Source of the DNA: a virus
Reading direction: 5' to 3' (one strand)
IMG/VR virus record: IMGVR_UViG_3300042375_000684
Length of the DNA stretch: 64,000 nt
Below, piece by piece: positions 9,758-18,738 of the stretch (the stretch's first letter is position 1; each line of letters opens with the position of its first letter). The position numbers and the translations under genes were made by a program. The notes below the pieces were generated by a model. That model saw nothing but the letters and a program-made list of their open reading frames with translations, was not told the origin of the DNA and did no database searches.

Positions 9758-10141
9758 TTAATCGGACGAGGATGAGTAAGAGGGGCCAGAGTCATACGAC
9801 GAAGAACTCGAAGAGTCGTGTGAATGTGAGTGAGAAGACCAACTAGACCCAGAGTCGTGAGAGTGTTTTGGTGGATCATAGTCTGGTTGATTCAAGGGAT
9901 TTAGAGGGGAAATTGGATTTAGTGGGTTGAAAGGATCCGTCAATGGATCGTATGTCGAGGATGGTGTTTCACGCCGATATGTCGAGTATTTGTTTCCACC
10001 AACAATATCACCAGATGCTTTGGCACCTCGTTGATTTACAATATTTGTGGTTTGTGTAACACGATTACGGTTACTCGAGAAGTTGACCTCTTGAGTCACC
10101 TTCACTTCAGTCTTCTTTTTTCCGAAAAGCCATCCGAACAT
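9758..10141 (-). CDS. hypothetical protein with Ser/His/Asp low-complexity tail
   Basis: 127-aa ORF with GGAG RBS. Confidence 0.6.
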   Translation of the reverse strand: MFGWLFGKKKTEVKVTQEVNFSSNRNRVTQTTNIVNQRGAKASGDIVGGNKYSTYRRETPSSTYDPLTDPFNPLNPISPLNPLNQPDYDPPKHSHDSGSSWSSHSHSHDSSSSSSYDSGPSYSSSSD

Positions 10142-10165
10142 CTATATCTCCTTCATTACAAGATC

Positions 10166-10194
10166 ATATTATACTGATTCTTTAACTATGTCAA
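10166..10194 (-). promoter_or_regulatory. class-2 sigma70-like promoter (GANTC in spacer)
   Basis: TTGACA-N8-GAATCAGTA-TAATAT, 17-nt spacer. Confidence 0.65.
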
Positions 10195-10385
10195 CCGACA
10201 AGTTCAGATTCATCGGTAAAGTATGCAAGTATTTTATGATCGTTTACAATTGATCCCATGGATTGATATTCATCAGGCCAACGTGGTTCATTGACTTTTT
10301 CATAGACTTGCATAAGATCAGGTTCTTTCCTGTGATCCGCATGTACTAGATAATGATTGCAATCATATTCAACGAGTACTTTCAT
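10191..10385 (-). CDS. hypothetical protein
   Basis: MKVLVEYD..., trimmed from the longer ORF-track call. Confidence 0.5.
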   Translation of the reverse strand: MKVLVEYDCNHYLVHADHRKEPDLMQVYEKVNEPRWPDEYQSMGSIVNDHKILAYFTDESELVG

Positions 10386-10560
10386 TATTCTGTTCCTCTT
10401 GAATTTCCTTGATAATAGCAGCCATTTCATCAGTATTAACTTCGGCAAATTCATCAACATAGGCTTGAATTTCCCAAGCAACAGTTTTTGGTTCCCAATC
10501 CCAAACTGGTTGGCCATTTTCAGCAGAGTTCTGCATCAGTTCAAGCAATTGCTCTTTCAT
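10369..10560 (-). CDS. hypothetical protein
   Basis: MKEQLLEL..., GGAGG RBS. Confidence 0.55.
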   Translation of the reverse strand: MKEQLLELMQNSAENGQPVWDWEPKTVAWEIQAYVDEFAEVNTDEMAAIIKEIQEEQNNESTR

Positions 10561-10564
10561 TTCG

Positions 10565-10993
10565 TTAACCTCCATAATATTCATGCCCGCTCCAGTTACA
10601 AAGAACTTTTCCGATTGCATCATATACGGGACTAACACCGCAATCGGTTGTAGGTTCATATTTAGCCGCATAATCATACAAGTCAGGAAACAAATAGATA
10701 GAAAGAATATGAATATTCATCGGCGGGCCTGGATGCCGTGGATTTTGGAACACGTCTACACGCTCGATCAGATTTTTAATATGTTCTTTTTGTTCTAGAG
10801 CATGAATTGCGGTTTTCATATCTCTCACTGTAACAATATTACTCGGAATACGCTCGTTAACATAAGAGAGACTTTTATTCAGATAAGCAATAATTGGTGT
10901 AAGATCAATAGAATTTTTCTGATCATGTTCATCGATTGCTTTTTTAATATGTTTTCCAAGCAGTCGAGCTTTTGTTGCTGCAATGTCAGTCAT
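10565..10993 (-). CDS. hypothetical protein
   Basis: 142-aa ORF. Confidence 0.55.
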   Translation of the reverse strand: MTDIAATKARLLGKHIKKAIDEHDQKNSIDLTPIIAYLNKSLSYVNERIPSNIVTVRDMKTAIHALEQKEHIKNLIERVDVFQNPRHPGPPMNIHILSIYLFPDLYDYAAKYEPTTDCGVSPVYDAIGKVLCNWSGHEYYGG

Positions 10994-10995
10994 AA

Positions 10996-11199
10996 TTAAT
11001 TTCCTTCACAGCGAATGTAGGTAAGAGTTTCGGCATCAATTGCAGGTGCCAGACTTTTTCCATATCCACCTGCACTATCAAAATAATATTTGACACCATT
11101 CAAGCAAGCAACTTCAAACCCATTCACAACTTCATTTGTAGTTTCAGTTGGTTTACAAGCAACAAGAAATAGAACGGATACAATGACAAGATATTTCAT
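10996..11199 (-). CDS. small lipoprotein
   Basis: signal peptide with lipobox LVAC. Confidence 0.65.
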   Translation of the reverse strand: MKYLVIVSVLFLVACKPTETTNEVVNGFEVACLNGVKYYFDSAGGYGKSLAPAIDAETLTYIRCEGN

Positions 11200-11405
11200 T
11201 GGACTTCACCTTCAACAAAAATATTGGTAGCATGGATTTCACGAACCGATTCATCATCCCATTGGACTTTAAGAATTGTTTGAAATCCATTATTTGAGAA
11301 CCCAACGATGTGACCAAACATAGGACGAGCATCTTCTCCAGTGTGTAGACCACCGCAAGAACCATCTTTCTCACGAACAACAGTTCCGATTTTATATTTC
11401 CACAT
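11196..11405 (-). CDS. hypothetical protein (SH3/KOW-like)
   Basis: YKIGTVV...GHIVG...KVQWDD pattern. Confidence 0.5.
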   Translation of the reverse strand: MWKYKIGTVVREKDGSCGGLHTGEDARPMFGHIVGFSNNGFQTILKVQWDDESVREIHATNIFVEGEVQ

Positions 11406-11825
11406 TCATTTTACTCCGAAGAAAGTTTTGACGTCCTTCCAGGTGCCCGTCACGAGCGGCTGATTGAATCCATTTTCATGACCCCAAACCTCGGCCCGAC
11501 CTTTAGTTGCATTAAAACCGGAGGAAGGAATAATGGTGTAAAGAACATCACCGGTTACCATGTCGCAGATACGAATGTCGTCATAGAGACTACCGATCAT
11601 CGGACAGTTATTCTTGAAGAACACATAGTTCTTTTCAGTGTCGATTTTGGAAGACTTCATGAGACGAAGAACTTTTTTGCCGAGGTTCTGGGTTTTTGCA
11701 GCAAGAGAAGTGTCGCGGCAGAACCAGTCATACCAACCGGCTTCAATCTGAGTGGATCGCTTGTTTGCATCAAAGTCACCGCGGAGAAAACGAATAGCAA
11801 AGTCGGCGATGGGCATATTAGACAT
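11406..11825 (-). CDS. conserved phage hypothetical protein
   Basis: GWYDWFC and FKNNCP motifs; first gene after a class-1 promoter. Confidence 0.65.
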   Translation of the reverse strand: MSNMPIADFAIRFLRGDFDANKRSTQIEAGWYDWFCRDTSLAAKTQNLGKKVLRLMKSSKIDTEKNYVFFKNNCPMIGSLYDDIRICDMVTGDVLYTIIPSSGFNATKGRAEVWGHENGFNQPLVTGTWKDVKTFFGVK

Positions 11826-11844
11826 CTTGTAGGTTCCTCTGTTA

Positions 11845-11886
11845 CCTTATAGAATCAGTATAAACTATTTGTAAGTAAATGTCAAC
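11845..11886 (-). promoter_or_regulatory. class-1 repeated early promoter
   Basis: TTGACA-N17-TATACT-GATTC-TATAAGG, followed by a GAGGAACC RBS. Confidence 0.8.
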
Positions 11887-12076
11887 CACTAAAAAGTTTC
11901 CAAAGTACAAAAATTGGAATTGACAACGGCCAAAAAAGCCCCGCAGCACAAGATACCAGTGCATCGAGACCTTCAGGATCACCATCTTTATTTTGTTTAT
12001 CAAAATATTTAAGTGACTTAAAATAAACAAATAATCCAATAACTAGGTAACTTGCAAATAAAAGTTCAGTTACCAT
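11882..12076 (-). CDS. small two-TM membrane protein
   Basis: two hydrophobic segments; FWPL motif. Confidence 0.6.
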   Translation of the reverse strand: MVTELLFASYLVIGLFVYFKSLKYFDKQNKDGDPEGLDALVSCAAGLFWPLSIPIFVLWKLFSG

Positions 12077-12324
12077 ACACTCAATCCTTTCTTGCGGATT
12101 ACATTATTAATCCGCTTCTTCAGAACATCTACGTTAATGTCATAATCTTCTTGGATATCATAGAATGCTTCCCATTTTTCATTCTGGGACATTTGCATCT
12201 TATTATCTACAAACCATTCAATACGCTTATTGAGATTTAGAACACGAATTTTATCTTCGTAATCAAGCTCTTCGAGAAGATTTTTTCTTTGTTTTTCAAG
12301 TACTTCCATCATGCTACGTTCCAA
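12070..12324 (-). CDS. hypothetical protein
   Basis: 84-aa ORF; true start probably a downstream Met. Confidence 0.5.
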   Translation of the reverse strand: MERSMMEVLEKQRKNLLEELDYEDKIRVLNLNKRIEWFVDNKMQMSQNEKWEAFYDIQEDYDINVDVLKKRINNVIRKKGLSVW

Positions 12325-12653
12325 TCAAGATCTTCTTTTGTTTCAACAGATTCATAACCATCATATTCAGTGATACGGTACAAATTGCCTTCTGGAACAT
12401 CTTCGATCCGAAGTTTTGCAAAGGTGCCGCTAGCCTTGTCACCAAGCGTTTCTACGACTTGAACAAGAATCGGATCATCTCGTTTAATCGAGTGGGGACC
12501 ATAGAAGTTTTCTAGTCCTTCTACTTTAAACGTATTACCCCATTTAGTTTTTTCTTCTGTATACTTGAAACCTTTTAGATCAAGATACATGCGAGTTGCT
12601 TCATCAGAAATACCAAATCCACCATAACAAGCATTATATACAATTTTAGTCAT
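12309..12653 (-). CDS. conserved phage hypothetical protein
   Basis: KIVYNACYGGFG, RDDPILVQVVE, EYDGYE motifs. Confidence 0.7.
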   Translation of the reverse strand: MTKIVYNACYGGFGISDEATRMYLDLKGFKYTEEKTKWGNTFKVEGLENFYGPHSIKRDDPILVQVVETLGDKASGTFAKLRIEDVPEGNLYRITEYDGYESVETKEDLDWNVA

Positions 12654-12847
12654 TTTGATTCCTCATATTGTTTTAAAACATTTGTAATACGATCATTAGA
12701 TTCTCGAAACCATTCTACACAAGATTCTGCGCAGGCTTTTGCTTGTGGATCATTAATATAAAATGAAAGCACATGAAATTTATCTTCTGCTTCAAACATA
12801 TCAACAAGACACCGTTTTAGTTCTGCAATTAAACTAGCTTCAGTCAT
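12650..12847 (-). CDS. hypothetical protein
   Basis: 65-aa ORF with overlaps. Confidence 0.5.
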   Translation of the reverse strand: MTEASLIAELKRCLVDMFEAEDKFHVLSFYINDPQAKACAESCVEWFRESNDRITNVLKQYEESK

Positions 12848-13100
12848 TAGTCAAACCTTTCCAAAATGAATGTTCCAGAATATATTCGGCAGATATTATA
12901 AAAACTGATTTATGTTCATCAGTCCGTTTTTCACCTTCTGGAAGTTTTCGTTCAATCAGATGAAATACTACAGAATGATCCAGTGGCTGGGGTTTCTCAA
13001 TTCCAATCACAAGTTTATTTCGATGTGTCGGTTTAATATGGTGCAAAAATTGCGTTGCACGGGCTAAATCACTGATAGAAGAATCTGCAAAGTCCACCAT
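12840..13100 (-). CDS. hypothetical protein
   Basis: 86-aa ORF with GGAGG RBS. Confidence 0.5.
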   Translation of the reverse strand: MVDFADSSISDLARATQFLHHIKPTHRNKLVIGIEKPQPLDHSVVFHLIERKLPEGEKRTDEHKSVFIISAEYILEHSFWKGLTND

Positions 13101-13101
13101 A

Positions 13102-14229
13102 TTAAACCTCCATCCAGTTCATCATTGCTTCGTACTTCGGACCGTTACCAACAGAGTCACGTATCTTCTTGATTACAAGGGCCCGAAGTTCCTTTCCGTC
13201 AAGAGCAGAGAAGATGAAAGCAGCATCTTCTTTGTTAAGGAGGTTCGGAACAAAGTTGATAGCAACTTCCTTCTTTACTCCACCATGCAGGACACGAGCA
13301 AGAGTGACAAGACCTTCGAGTCGACCAAGAACGTTTTCAATAGCAGCATCGAGTCGAAGTTCATATGCGCGAACAACAGCAAGATCAGTTGCATCCAACA
13401 AAGGCAGGACGTCATCGAGTTGTTCATTCACGATGATATCAGCAATGTTCCGATCAGAACGGATCAGGTCCTTGGTCTTGTGGATACGGACATACCAATC
13501 ATTCTTGATTTTCAGCATGTGGCCCGTGGTAAAACGGATGATGTCACCCTCACGTCCCTGTTGTTGGCGGGCACGTACGATGTAGTCTGACAGCCCACCG
13601 TCTACAGACCCATACTGCGGAACAACCTCGAAAGGAGCACCGAAATGCAAGTTGCTGATATACTCACCAGTAACAGTGTTACGAATGGCGGTCAGGATCA
13701 ACTTCGGCTCAGAGTAGTCAATAACGATCTTGTTGGTCGGTGCAATGTATTCAAAGATCGGAGTTAAGCCATCGTCCATCATATATTCAAGCCAATCATA
13801 CTGATTAGCATCAAGCAACTTTTCAGACTCGACAGCGATATCAGTCACACCCATCTTGGTGGCAAGACGAATCATTCCGTTCATGCGGAGCGGACGAATC
13901 ATCGAGCCGTCCATCTTTTCCATGATAACATGAGGTTGAGTCATGTCAATCATATAAATCTGAGTCTCTTCACGCTCGTTCACGTTGAAGAACTTGTGAT
14001 AGGGCCGCGACATGATGTTGCCTTCAGTATCGAAGATGATACCGCGGCACTCACGACGAATAGCAGCGCCAAGATCATCAGGACCAGCCATGTTGAAAGT
14101 ATCCGCCATGGCCACAACATAGTTAATTACCGTGCCAAACTCGCGCTCAGCAACAATAAATTCGGAACGGCCTTCGATGTAAGGAAGGACATCAGTGATG
14201 GTACGAATTTCAGGAAACACATAGTTCAT
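13102..14229 (-). CDS. rnlA: RNA ligase 1 (T4 RnlA-like)
   Basis: RECRGIIF, RPYHKFFNVNE, EKMDGS, FEY, EG, KIK motifs. Confidence 0.88.
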   Translation of the reverse strand: MNYVFPEIRTITDVLPYIEGRSEFIVAEREFGTVINYVVAMADTFNMAGPDDLGAAIRRECRGIIFDTEGNIMSRPYHKFFNVNEREETQIYMIDMTQPHVIMEKMDGSMIRPLRMNGMIRLATKMGVTDIAVESEKLLDANQYDWLEYMMDDGLTPIFEYIAPTNKIVIDYSEPKLILTAIRNTVTGEYISNLHFGAPFEVVPQYGSVDGGLSDYIVRARQQQGREGDIIRFTTGHMLKIKNDWYVRIHKTKDLIRSDRNIADIIVNEQLDDVLPLLDATDLAVVRAYELRLDAAIENVLGRLEGLVTLARVLHGGVKKEVAINFVPNLLNKEDAAFIFSALDGKELRALVIKKIRDSVGNGPKYEAMMNWMEV

Positions 14230-14231
14230 TT

Positions 14232-14411
14232 TCAGTCTTCCATCATTACAAAAAAGTTGTGGGTGCCAGCAAAGAAGTCGTTCAGCCAGTCATTGATCAT
14301 TTGCTTGTAGTCGCTATAGTGAGCGACTGGATGAGTCAGGAGCTTTAGACCTTTGATTGGATCAAAGGTCGTGTAGGCAGTTTCATAAACCGTGTATTCT
14401 ACATTGATCAT
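14232..14411 (-). CDS. small hypothetical protein (59 aa, not in ORF track)
   Basis: ATG after GAGGAAC RBS directly below a class-1 promoter. Confidence 0.55.
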   Translation of the reverse strand: MINVEYTVYETAYTTFDPIKGLKLLTHPVAHYSDYKQMINDWLNDFFAGTHNFFVMMED

Positions 14412-14426
14412 GGTCAGTTCCTCTTA

Positions 14427-14468
14427 CCTTATAGAATCAGTATAAACTATTCAGGTGGTAATGTCAAC
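14427..14468 (-). promoter_or_regulatory. class-1 repeated early promoter
   Basis: TTGACA-N17-TATACT-GATTC-TATAAGG. Confidence 0.8.
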
Positions 14469-14789
14469 CCACTTAATCAAATTAAAATCAGGAAAAACAA
14501 TTTTTGCATGCACAACTTCACAGAGACCATTCTGAACTCTTGCTTTCCAAAAATCATCAGATCCTTCGCCCTTACCTTCAAGTTCAATTAGAATTTTTGG
14601 ATATTGCAAGGAGACTCGCGCGCAATCTTCTTTCCAGTCATACCATTTTGATTCAAAATAATTTGTAAGTGTGGTCCCATCATCCAAAAATTCATAGTCA
14701 TGAAGATCAAGATCTTTTGCAATCTTCAAACCTTGGTTTGCATTATCAAGATTTGAAATTTTTAACTCATATTGTGTGTAGTATCCCAT
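14451..14789 (-). CDS. conserved phage hypothetical protein
   Basis: MGYYT..., KWYDW, EGKGE motifs. Confidence 0.6.
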   Translation of the reverse strand: MGYYTQYELKISNLDNANQGLKIAKDLDLHDYEFLDDGTTLTNYFESKWYDWKEDCARVSLQYPKILIELEGKGEGSDDFWKARVQNGLCEVVHAKIVFPDFNLIKWVDITT

Positions 14790-15040
14790 TAAAATCCCCC
14801 GTTAGTGTCCCAGTATTCTGCATTTTCTTTTTCAATTTGATCCCACTGTTCTTTGAGAATCGACACATCATATTCATTAGCCAAATATGGCTCTTGCCAG
14901 TAAGGTTCTCCGACAGGTGCCATTACAGAGGTTCCACCTTCATGAACATAGAACATATCGCTGTAATCTGCATCTACATAGATGCGAATTTCCCCGCCTT
15001 CTTCATAAGAAGACCAGCTAGCTTCATAAACAAGTTGCAT
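14789..15040 (-). CDS. hypothetical protein
   Basis: 83-aa acidic ORF. Confidence 0.55.
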   Translation of the reverse strand: MQLVYEASWSSYEEGGEIRIYVDADYSDMFYVHEGGTSVMAPVGEPYWQEPYLANEYDVSILKEQWDQIEKENAEYWDTNGGF

Positions 15041-15041
15041 T

Positions 15042-15197
15042 TTAAACCTTCATACATAGAAGTGTAAGTTTGGCATAGCGCCGAATTTCTTCATCGGATG
15101 ATTCTGAAAAGTCAAACGAATACATTCGTTCATAGACTAGACTGGCAGTTTCCATAGGAATATTCAGAAGTTCAGAGATAACACTAACCCAGTACAT
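15042..15197 (-). CDS. small hypothetical protein (51 aa, not in ORF track)
   Basis: AAGGAA RBS directly below a class-1 promoter. Confidence 0.5.
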   Translation of the reverse strand: MYWVSVISELLNIPMETASLVYERMYSFDFSESSDEEIRRYAKLTLLCMKV

Positions 15198-15214
15198 TGT
15201 GTTTCCTTTTCATG

Positions 15215-15256
15215 CCTTATAGAATCAGTATAAACTATTTGAAATCAAATGTCAAC
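15215..15256 (-). promoter_or_regulatory. class-1 repeated early promoter
   Basis: TTGACA-N17-TATACT-GATTC-TATAAGG. Confidence 0.8.
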
Positions 15257-15284
15257 AAAAAAGGCGAGGAATTTCTCCCTCGCC
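15257..15284 (-). terminator. Rho-independent terminator after the SPFH gene
   Basis: GGCGAGG/CCTCGCC stem followed by T6. Confidence 0.85.
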
Positions 15285-15308
15285 GAAATTTATTTGTAAG
15301 GATAGATC

Positions 15309-16700
15309 TTATTTTGTAGTAATGGTTGTATCCACTGCAAGATCTTTTGCGGTTTTCACCATCAGCATGTTCATGAAACTTTCAACAGTCCCAAGGGCCG
15401 AACCAGAATTTCCTGAACCATTGCCACCAGCAATAACTGTGGATGGAACATTGATCTTGGAAGCAGCATCAGCCCATACTTTTTGTGCTTCGGTCCATGC
15501 CGCAAGTTTTTGTGCAAGAGCACCATCGGCCTCAAGGATTACACGCTTTTCATATGCAGCAGCATCGGCACCAACTTGAACAGATTCAGCATCAATTCGA
15601 GCACGTTCAAGGTTAATAGCAGCAGTTTCCTTTGCTACACGAGCCTCTTCACGGACACGTTCAGCAGCAGTAATTGCAAGTTTCTTCTGGGTTTCGGCCT
15701 CGGTGGTCAACTGGATTTGTTCGGTCTTTGCTTCTGCTTGACGCTTTGCAATTTCAGTATCACCTTCTGCAATTCGGAGCAGACGCTGTTCCTCTTGTTC
15801 AAGCCGCTGTTCCTTTGCAATGACCCGACGAGATACAGCATCCTTACGCTTCTTTTGTTGTTCCTCGAATGCAGGGTCAGCCTCGATTTTTTCTAGGATT
15901 GCCTGACTAACTAGGATACCATATTGCAGATATTCCGGAACAGTACGAATTTCTTTACCATTACCATCAAGCACCTTTTCGGCAACCATGATAGTGACGG
16001 TGGTAGCACCAACATCTGAAGTATCAGCTGCGTTTACAGTATCAGATGCAGCAGCACCGGAAGAATCAGCATTCAGTGCATCAATTACTTTTGGAACAAG
16101 TTGGACTTTGGGTTGACCTTTCATCAGAGTATCTTTGAACTCGATTTTAAATTGATCTCGCATCTGGCCAGAGAAATACTGTTCCATAGTAAACATGTTA
16201 GCAACAGTGTCGATTGCTGTAGTAACACTTGGACGAAGTGTCGTGGTAATCAGGCGCTCTGGTGACCGAAAGTCGCGGGCCATTTTCAAGAATTGGTCCG
16301 AATCTTGAGGAATACCGAAACGAGTTGTTTGGAATACATCGCCAGTCCAGTTATCACTCATACGAACATTATATGAGCCGCTAACTGAACTTCCTTCAGC
16401 GTCAGGATCAAGTGTATGTGCTACAGTAATGAAGTAAGGCCATGCAGTTGAAGTTCCCCAGGCAGAAAAATACCAACCAGTTTCACAAGTTGAACTTTCA
16501 GATCCAAAAATTGTTCGGACGTGTTGGCAATAACCAGCATCATTATAACTGATGGCACCAAAACCACCGATGAGAAGACCAAATGATGCAAGAATAGGAA
16601 CAAAAATCCTTTTCAAAGTACCAAGTTCTGCCGGCACCCTGACAAGTTTAAGTACAGTAGCAAGTACCAAAAATAGTACGGCCATAAAAATAGTAAACAT
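15309..16700 (-). CDS. SPFH/band-7 (flotillin-like) membrane protein
   Basis: N-terminal TM helices, band-7-like middle, long Ala/Glu-rich coiled coil, VPSTVIAGG tail. Confidence 0.8.
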   Translation of the reverse strand: MFTIFMAVLFLVLATVLKLVRVPAELGTLKRIFVPILASFGLLIGGFGAISYNDAGYCQHVRTIFGSESSTCETGWYFSAWGTSTAWPYFITVAHTLDPDAEGSSVSGSYNVRMSDNWTGDVFQTTRFGIPQDSDQFLKMARDFRSPERLITTTLRPSVTTAIDTVANMFTMEQYFSGQMRDQFKIEFKDTLMKGQPKVQLVPKVIDALNADSSGAAASDTVNAADTSDVGATTVTIMVAEKVLDGNGKEIRTVPEYLQYGILVSQAILEKIEADPAFEEQQKKRKDAVSRRVIAKEQRLEQEEQRLLRIAEGDTEIAKRQAEAKTEQIQLTTEAETQKKLAITAAERVREEARVAKETAAINLERARIDAESVQVGADAAAYEKRVILEADGALAQKLAAWTEAQKVWADAASKINVPSTVIAGGNGSGNSGSALGTVESFMNMLMVKTAKDLAVDTTITTK

Positions 16701-16812
16701 TGTATAGTTTCTCCTTAGTGTGTTTTATTTAGTTGTGTTTGTTGATCTTTGTATTCGGTGTAAACCCATACAAAGAATGGAATATATGCTAGAAAAAGTG
16801 CAATCGCTAAGT

Positions 16813-16968
16813 TCATTTATCTTGTTCCCTATTATCAACTACCTTTTCGACAATATTTCCATCTTCGTCCTTATCTTTGACATATGTATAAGTATTTTTA
16901 CTTTTAACAGGCCAGAAGATACCGATAACAAGAACGATAAAACATGTAATAAGAATTAGCGTAATCAT
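16813..16968 (-). CDS. small single-TM protein (51 aa, not in ORF track)
   Basis: MITLILITCFIVLVIGIFWP...; ATGA overlap. Confidence 0.5.
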   Translation of the reverse strand: MITLILITCFIVLVIGIFWPVKSKNTYTYVKDKDEDGNIVEKVVDNREQDK

Positions 16969-17195
16969 GATAGAATCTCAGCTGGTTCAAATTCTGTTCG
17001 GACTGTTTCAGGAGTCCCGTAATAGACACTCCATTTCATACGAAACTTCTTTCCAGTTTTGTGTAAAAAATCACGGGTGAATACTCCATAATCCTCTTGA
17101 CTGTCAATACATTCTTCATCTGAGATTGCAGTAAAAAGTGGATGAAGTTCATCAATGATGCAGTGTAGGTGTTGCTCGATAATTGATATTGTCAT
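16965..17195 (-). CDS. hypothetical protein
   Basis: MTISIIEQHL..., TAATG coupling to the upstream ORF. Confidence 0.5.
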   Translation of the reverse strand: MTISIIEQHLHCIIDELHPLFTAISDEECIDSQEDYGVFTRDFLHKTGKKFRMKWSVYYGTPETVRTEFEPAEILS

Positions 17196-17365
17196 TAGGT
17201 TTTTCCAATAAGTCCTCTGATAAATGCCCAAATGAAGAAGATAGGAGTTAGAAAAATCAGTAACAATAACCCTATCCAAAAATGTTCTACAAGTACAAGT
17301 GCAGAACCATATACTGTTACTAGAATGAAAGCAAAAACAATAATTGCAAAAACCAGTTCAACCAT
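17195..17365 (-). CDS. small membrane protein (56 aa, not in ORF track)
   Basis: almost entirely hydrophobic; TAATG overlaps. Confidence 0.5.
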   Translation of the reverse strand: MVELVFAIIVFAFILVTVYGSALVLVEHFWIGLLLLIFLTPIFFIWAFIRGLIGKT

Positions 17366-17703
17366 TATGGTCTCACAATAATATTGTTGTCTCTATAGCG
17401 AGAAACTAGAATTACTTCATAACCTTTGAGTTCTGGGTGTTTCCGAAGATGCCGCAGGAATGCCCGATATGATTTGCAATCAGAATGAGTAGATGCACCC
17501 GCGGGTGTCATCGTATTAGCAGTTACCCACTTCTTTGTCTGAAAGCACCACCAAAGTGAAGGTTGATCATCATTCCGAAATACGGTGATTCCCATGAACC
17601 ATCGACGGAGAATACGTTGACCTTTTGGTGCTTCGAAAGTGATGTTCATTTGATTCTTTAATGATATTAAGTAAGAAGATTTTGCGAGTTTGCTGTTGGT
17701 CAT
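17365..17703 (-). CDS. hypothetical protein
   Basis: 112-aa ORF. Confidence 0.55.
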   Translation of the reverse strand: MTNSKLAKSSYLISLKNQMNITFEAPKGQRILRRWFMGITVFRNDDQPSLWWCFQTKKWVTANTMTPAGASTHSDCKSYRAFLRHLRKHPELKGYEVILVSRYRDNNIIVRP

Positions 17704-17972
17704 TACACTTCCACATCTTGATATTGAACTTCCAAGATTTCATAGTCATGCTTTGGGTTTTTAGGAATCCAACGACCTGTTACATAACGATGTTTATTAC
17801 CATGGTTTGGTAAATCCAAGTATGCTTCTTTCGATGTCGGCCACGATTCCAATACAGACCTGTCACCTCGTATGGACATACCATATTGATCTACTTGTTG
17901 AATGACGACTTGCCACTCACATCGCATTGTTTTGATACGGAAATTCTTCGTTTGGTTCATTTTGTACCTCAT
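17703..17972 (-). CDS. hypothetical protein
   Basis: 89-aa ORF below a class-2 promoter. Confidence 0.55.
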   Translation of the reverse strand: MRYKMNQTKNFRIKTMRCEWQVVIQQVDQYGMSIRGDRSVLESWPTSKEAYLDLPNHGNKHRYVTGRWIPKNPKHDYEILEVQYQDVEV

Positions 17973-17978
17973 ATAGAC

Positions 17979-18007
17979 AATATATACTGATTCTCTACTG
18001 TTGTAAA
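17979..18007 (-). promoter_or_regulatory. class-2 sigma70-like promoter (GANTC in spacer)
   Basis: TTTACA-N8-GAATCAGTA-TATATT. Confidence 0.7.
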
Positions 18008-18015
18008 CAAAAATA

Positions 18016-18225
18016 TTATGCCAACACGATTTTAATTTCTTTCAACTCAAAGTCAGGAAGATCATCTTTTGCATATGAAGGTTGATTTGTCATTGTACGA
18101 GTTGCTGCACCTTTCGATGTGTAGACACGAGCTTTCTGAAGCTCATCGGTCAATGTGTGACCCCATGCATCTGTTTTCTGCAGATATTTCAGAGTAAGTT
18201 TATCTCGGAGAACATATGAGGTCAT
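18016..18225 (-). CDS. hypothetical protein
   Basis: MTSYVLRD..., AAGGTG RBS. Confidence 0.55.
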   Translation of the reverse strand: MTSYVLRDKLTLKYLQKTDAWGHTLTDELQKARVYTSKGAATRTMTNQPSYAKDDLPDFELKEIKIVLA

Positions 18226-18255
18226 GGTCGTTTCACCTTTTGTTTTCATAATAGC

Positions 18256-18284
18256 AATATATACTGATTCTATTTCATTGTAAA
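18256..18284 (-). promoter_or_regulatory. class-2 sigma70-like promoter (GANTC in spacer)
   Basis: TTTACA-N8-GAATCAGTA-TATATT. Confidence 0.7.
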
Positions 18285-18317
18285 CCAAATTATTTTACTT
18301 AAGTACGATATTTTTAG

Positions 18318-18345
18318 TTGACATTATCTTAACACATGGTATAAT
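18318..18345 (+). promoter_or_regulatory. consensus sigma70-type promoter on the plus (antisense) strand
   Basis: TTGACA-N16-TATAAT with TGn extended -10. Confidence 0.55.
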
Positions 18346-18417
18346 TGGATTATCATCCATAAAGATATATGAATCAGTTAATTGAATTTAAACTGAAAGA
18401 ATCAAGAAAAGTATATA

Positions 18418-18603
18418 TTAGTCGTCCCAGGCAGCATTGCTCCATCCTTCATCCCAAGCAAGGTAAAAATCCCACTCGTCATTGTTGTTATACTGGTTAT
18501 CCTCCGATCCCATACCGTTTTGATATGCACGATAGCATTCTTCACGTGCATCCGATACAGTATGATCCGAAGAATGAACCCAGTTGTAGTATTCTTCGTC
18601 CAT
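18418..18603 (-). CDS. small acidic hypothetical protein
   Basis: 61-aa ORF with TAATG overlap. Confidence 0.55.
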   Translation of the reverse strand: MDEEYYNWVHSSDHTVSDAREECYRAYQNGMGSEDNQYNNNDEWDFYLAWDEGWSNAAWDD

Positions 18604-18737
18604 TAACTTGCTCCCAAAATTAACATCATCACGCCGAAAACAGTAAACAAGATTGCAAATGCAGTACCTACTTTATCGGTAGATATAACAAATAGCAATG
18701 GTGTGATCACAAGCATAATTAGACCTGCGGCAGCCAT
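18603..18737 (-). CDS. small membrane protein (44 aa, not in ORF track)
   Basis: two short hydrophobic helices; GGAG RBS. Confidence 0.45.
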   Translation of the reverse strand: MAAAGLIMLVITPLLFVISTDKVGTAFAILFTVFGVMMLILGAS

Positions 18738-18738
18738 T

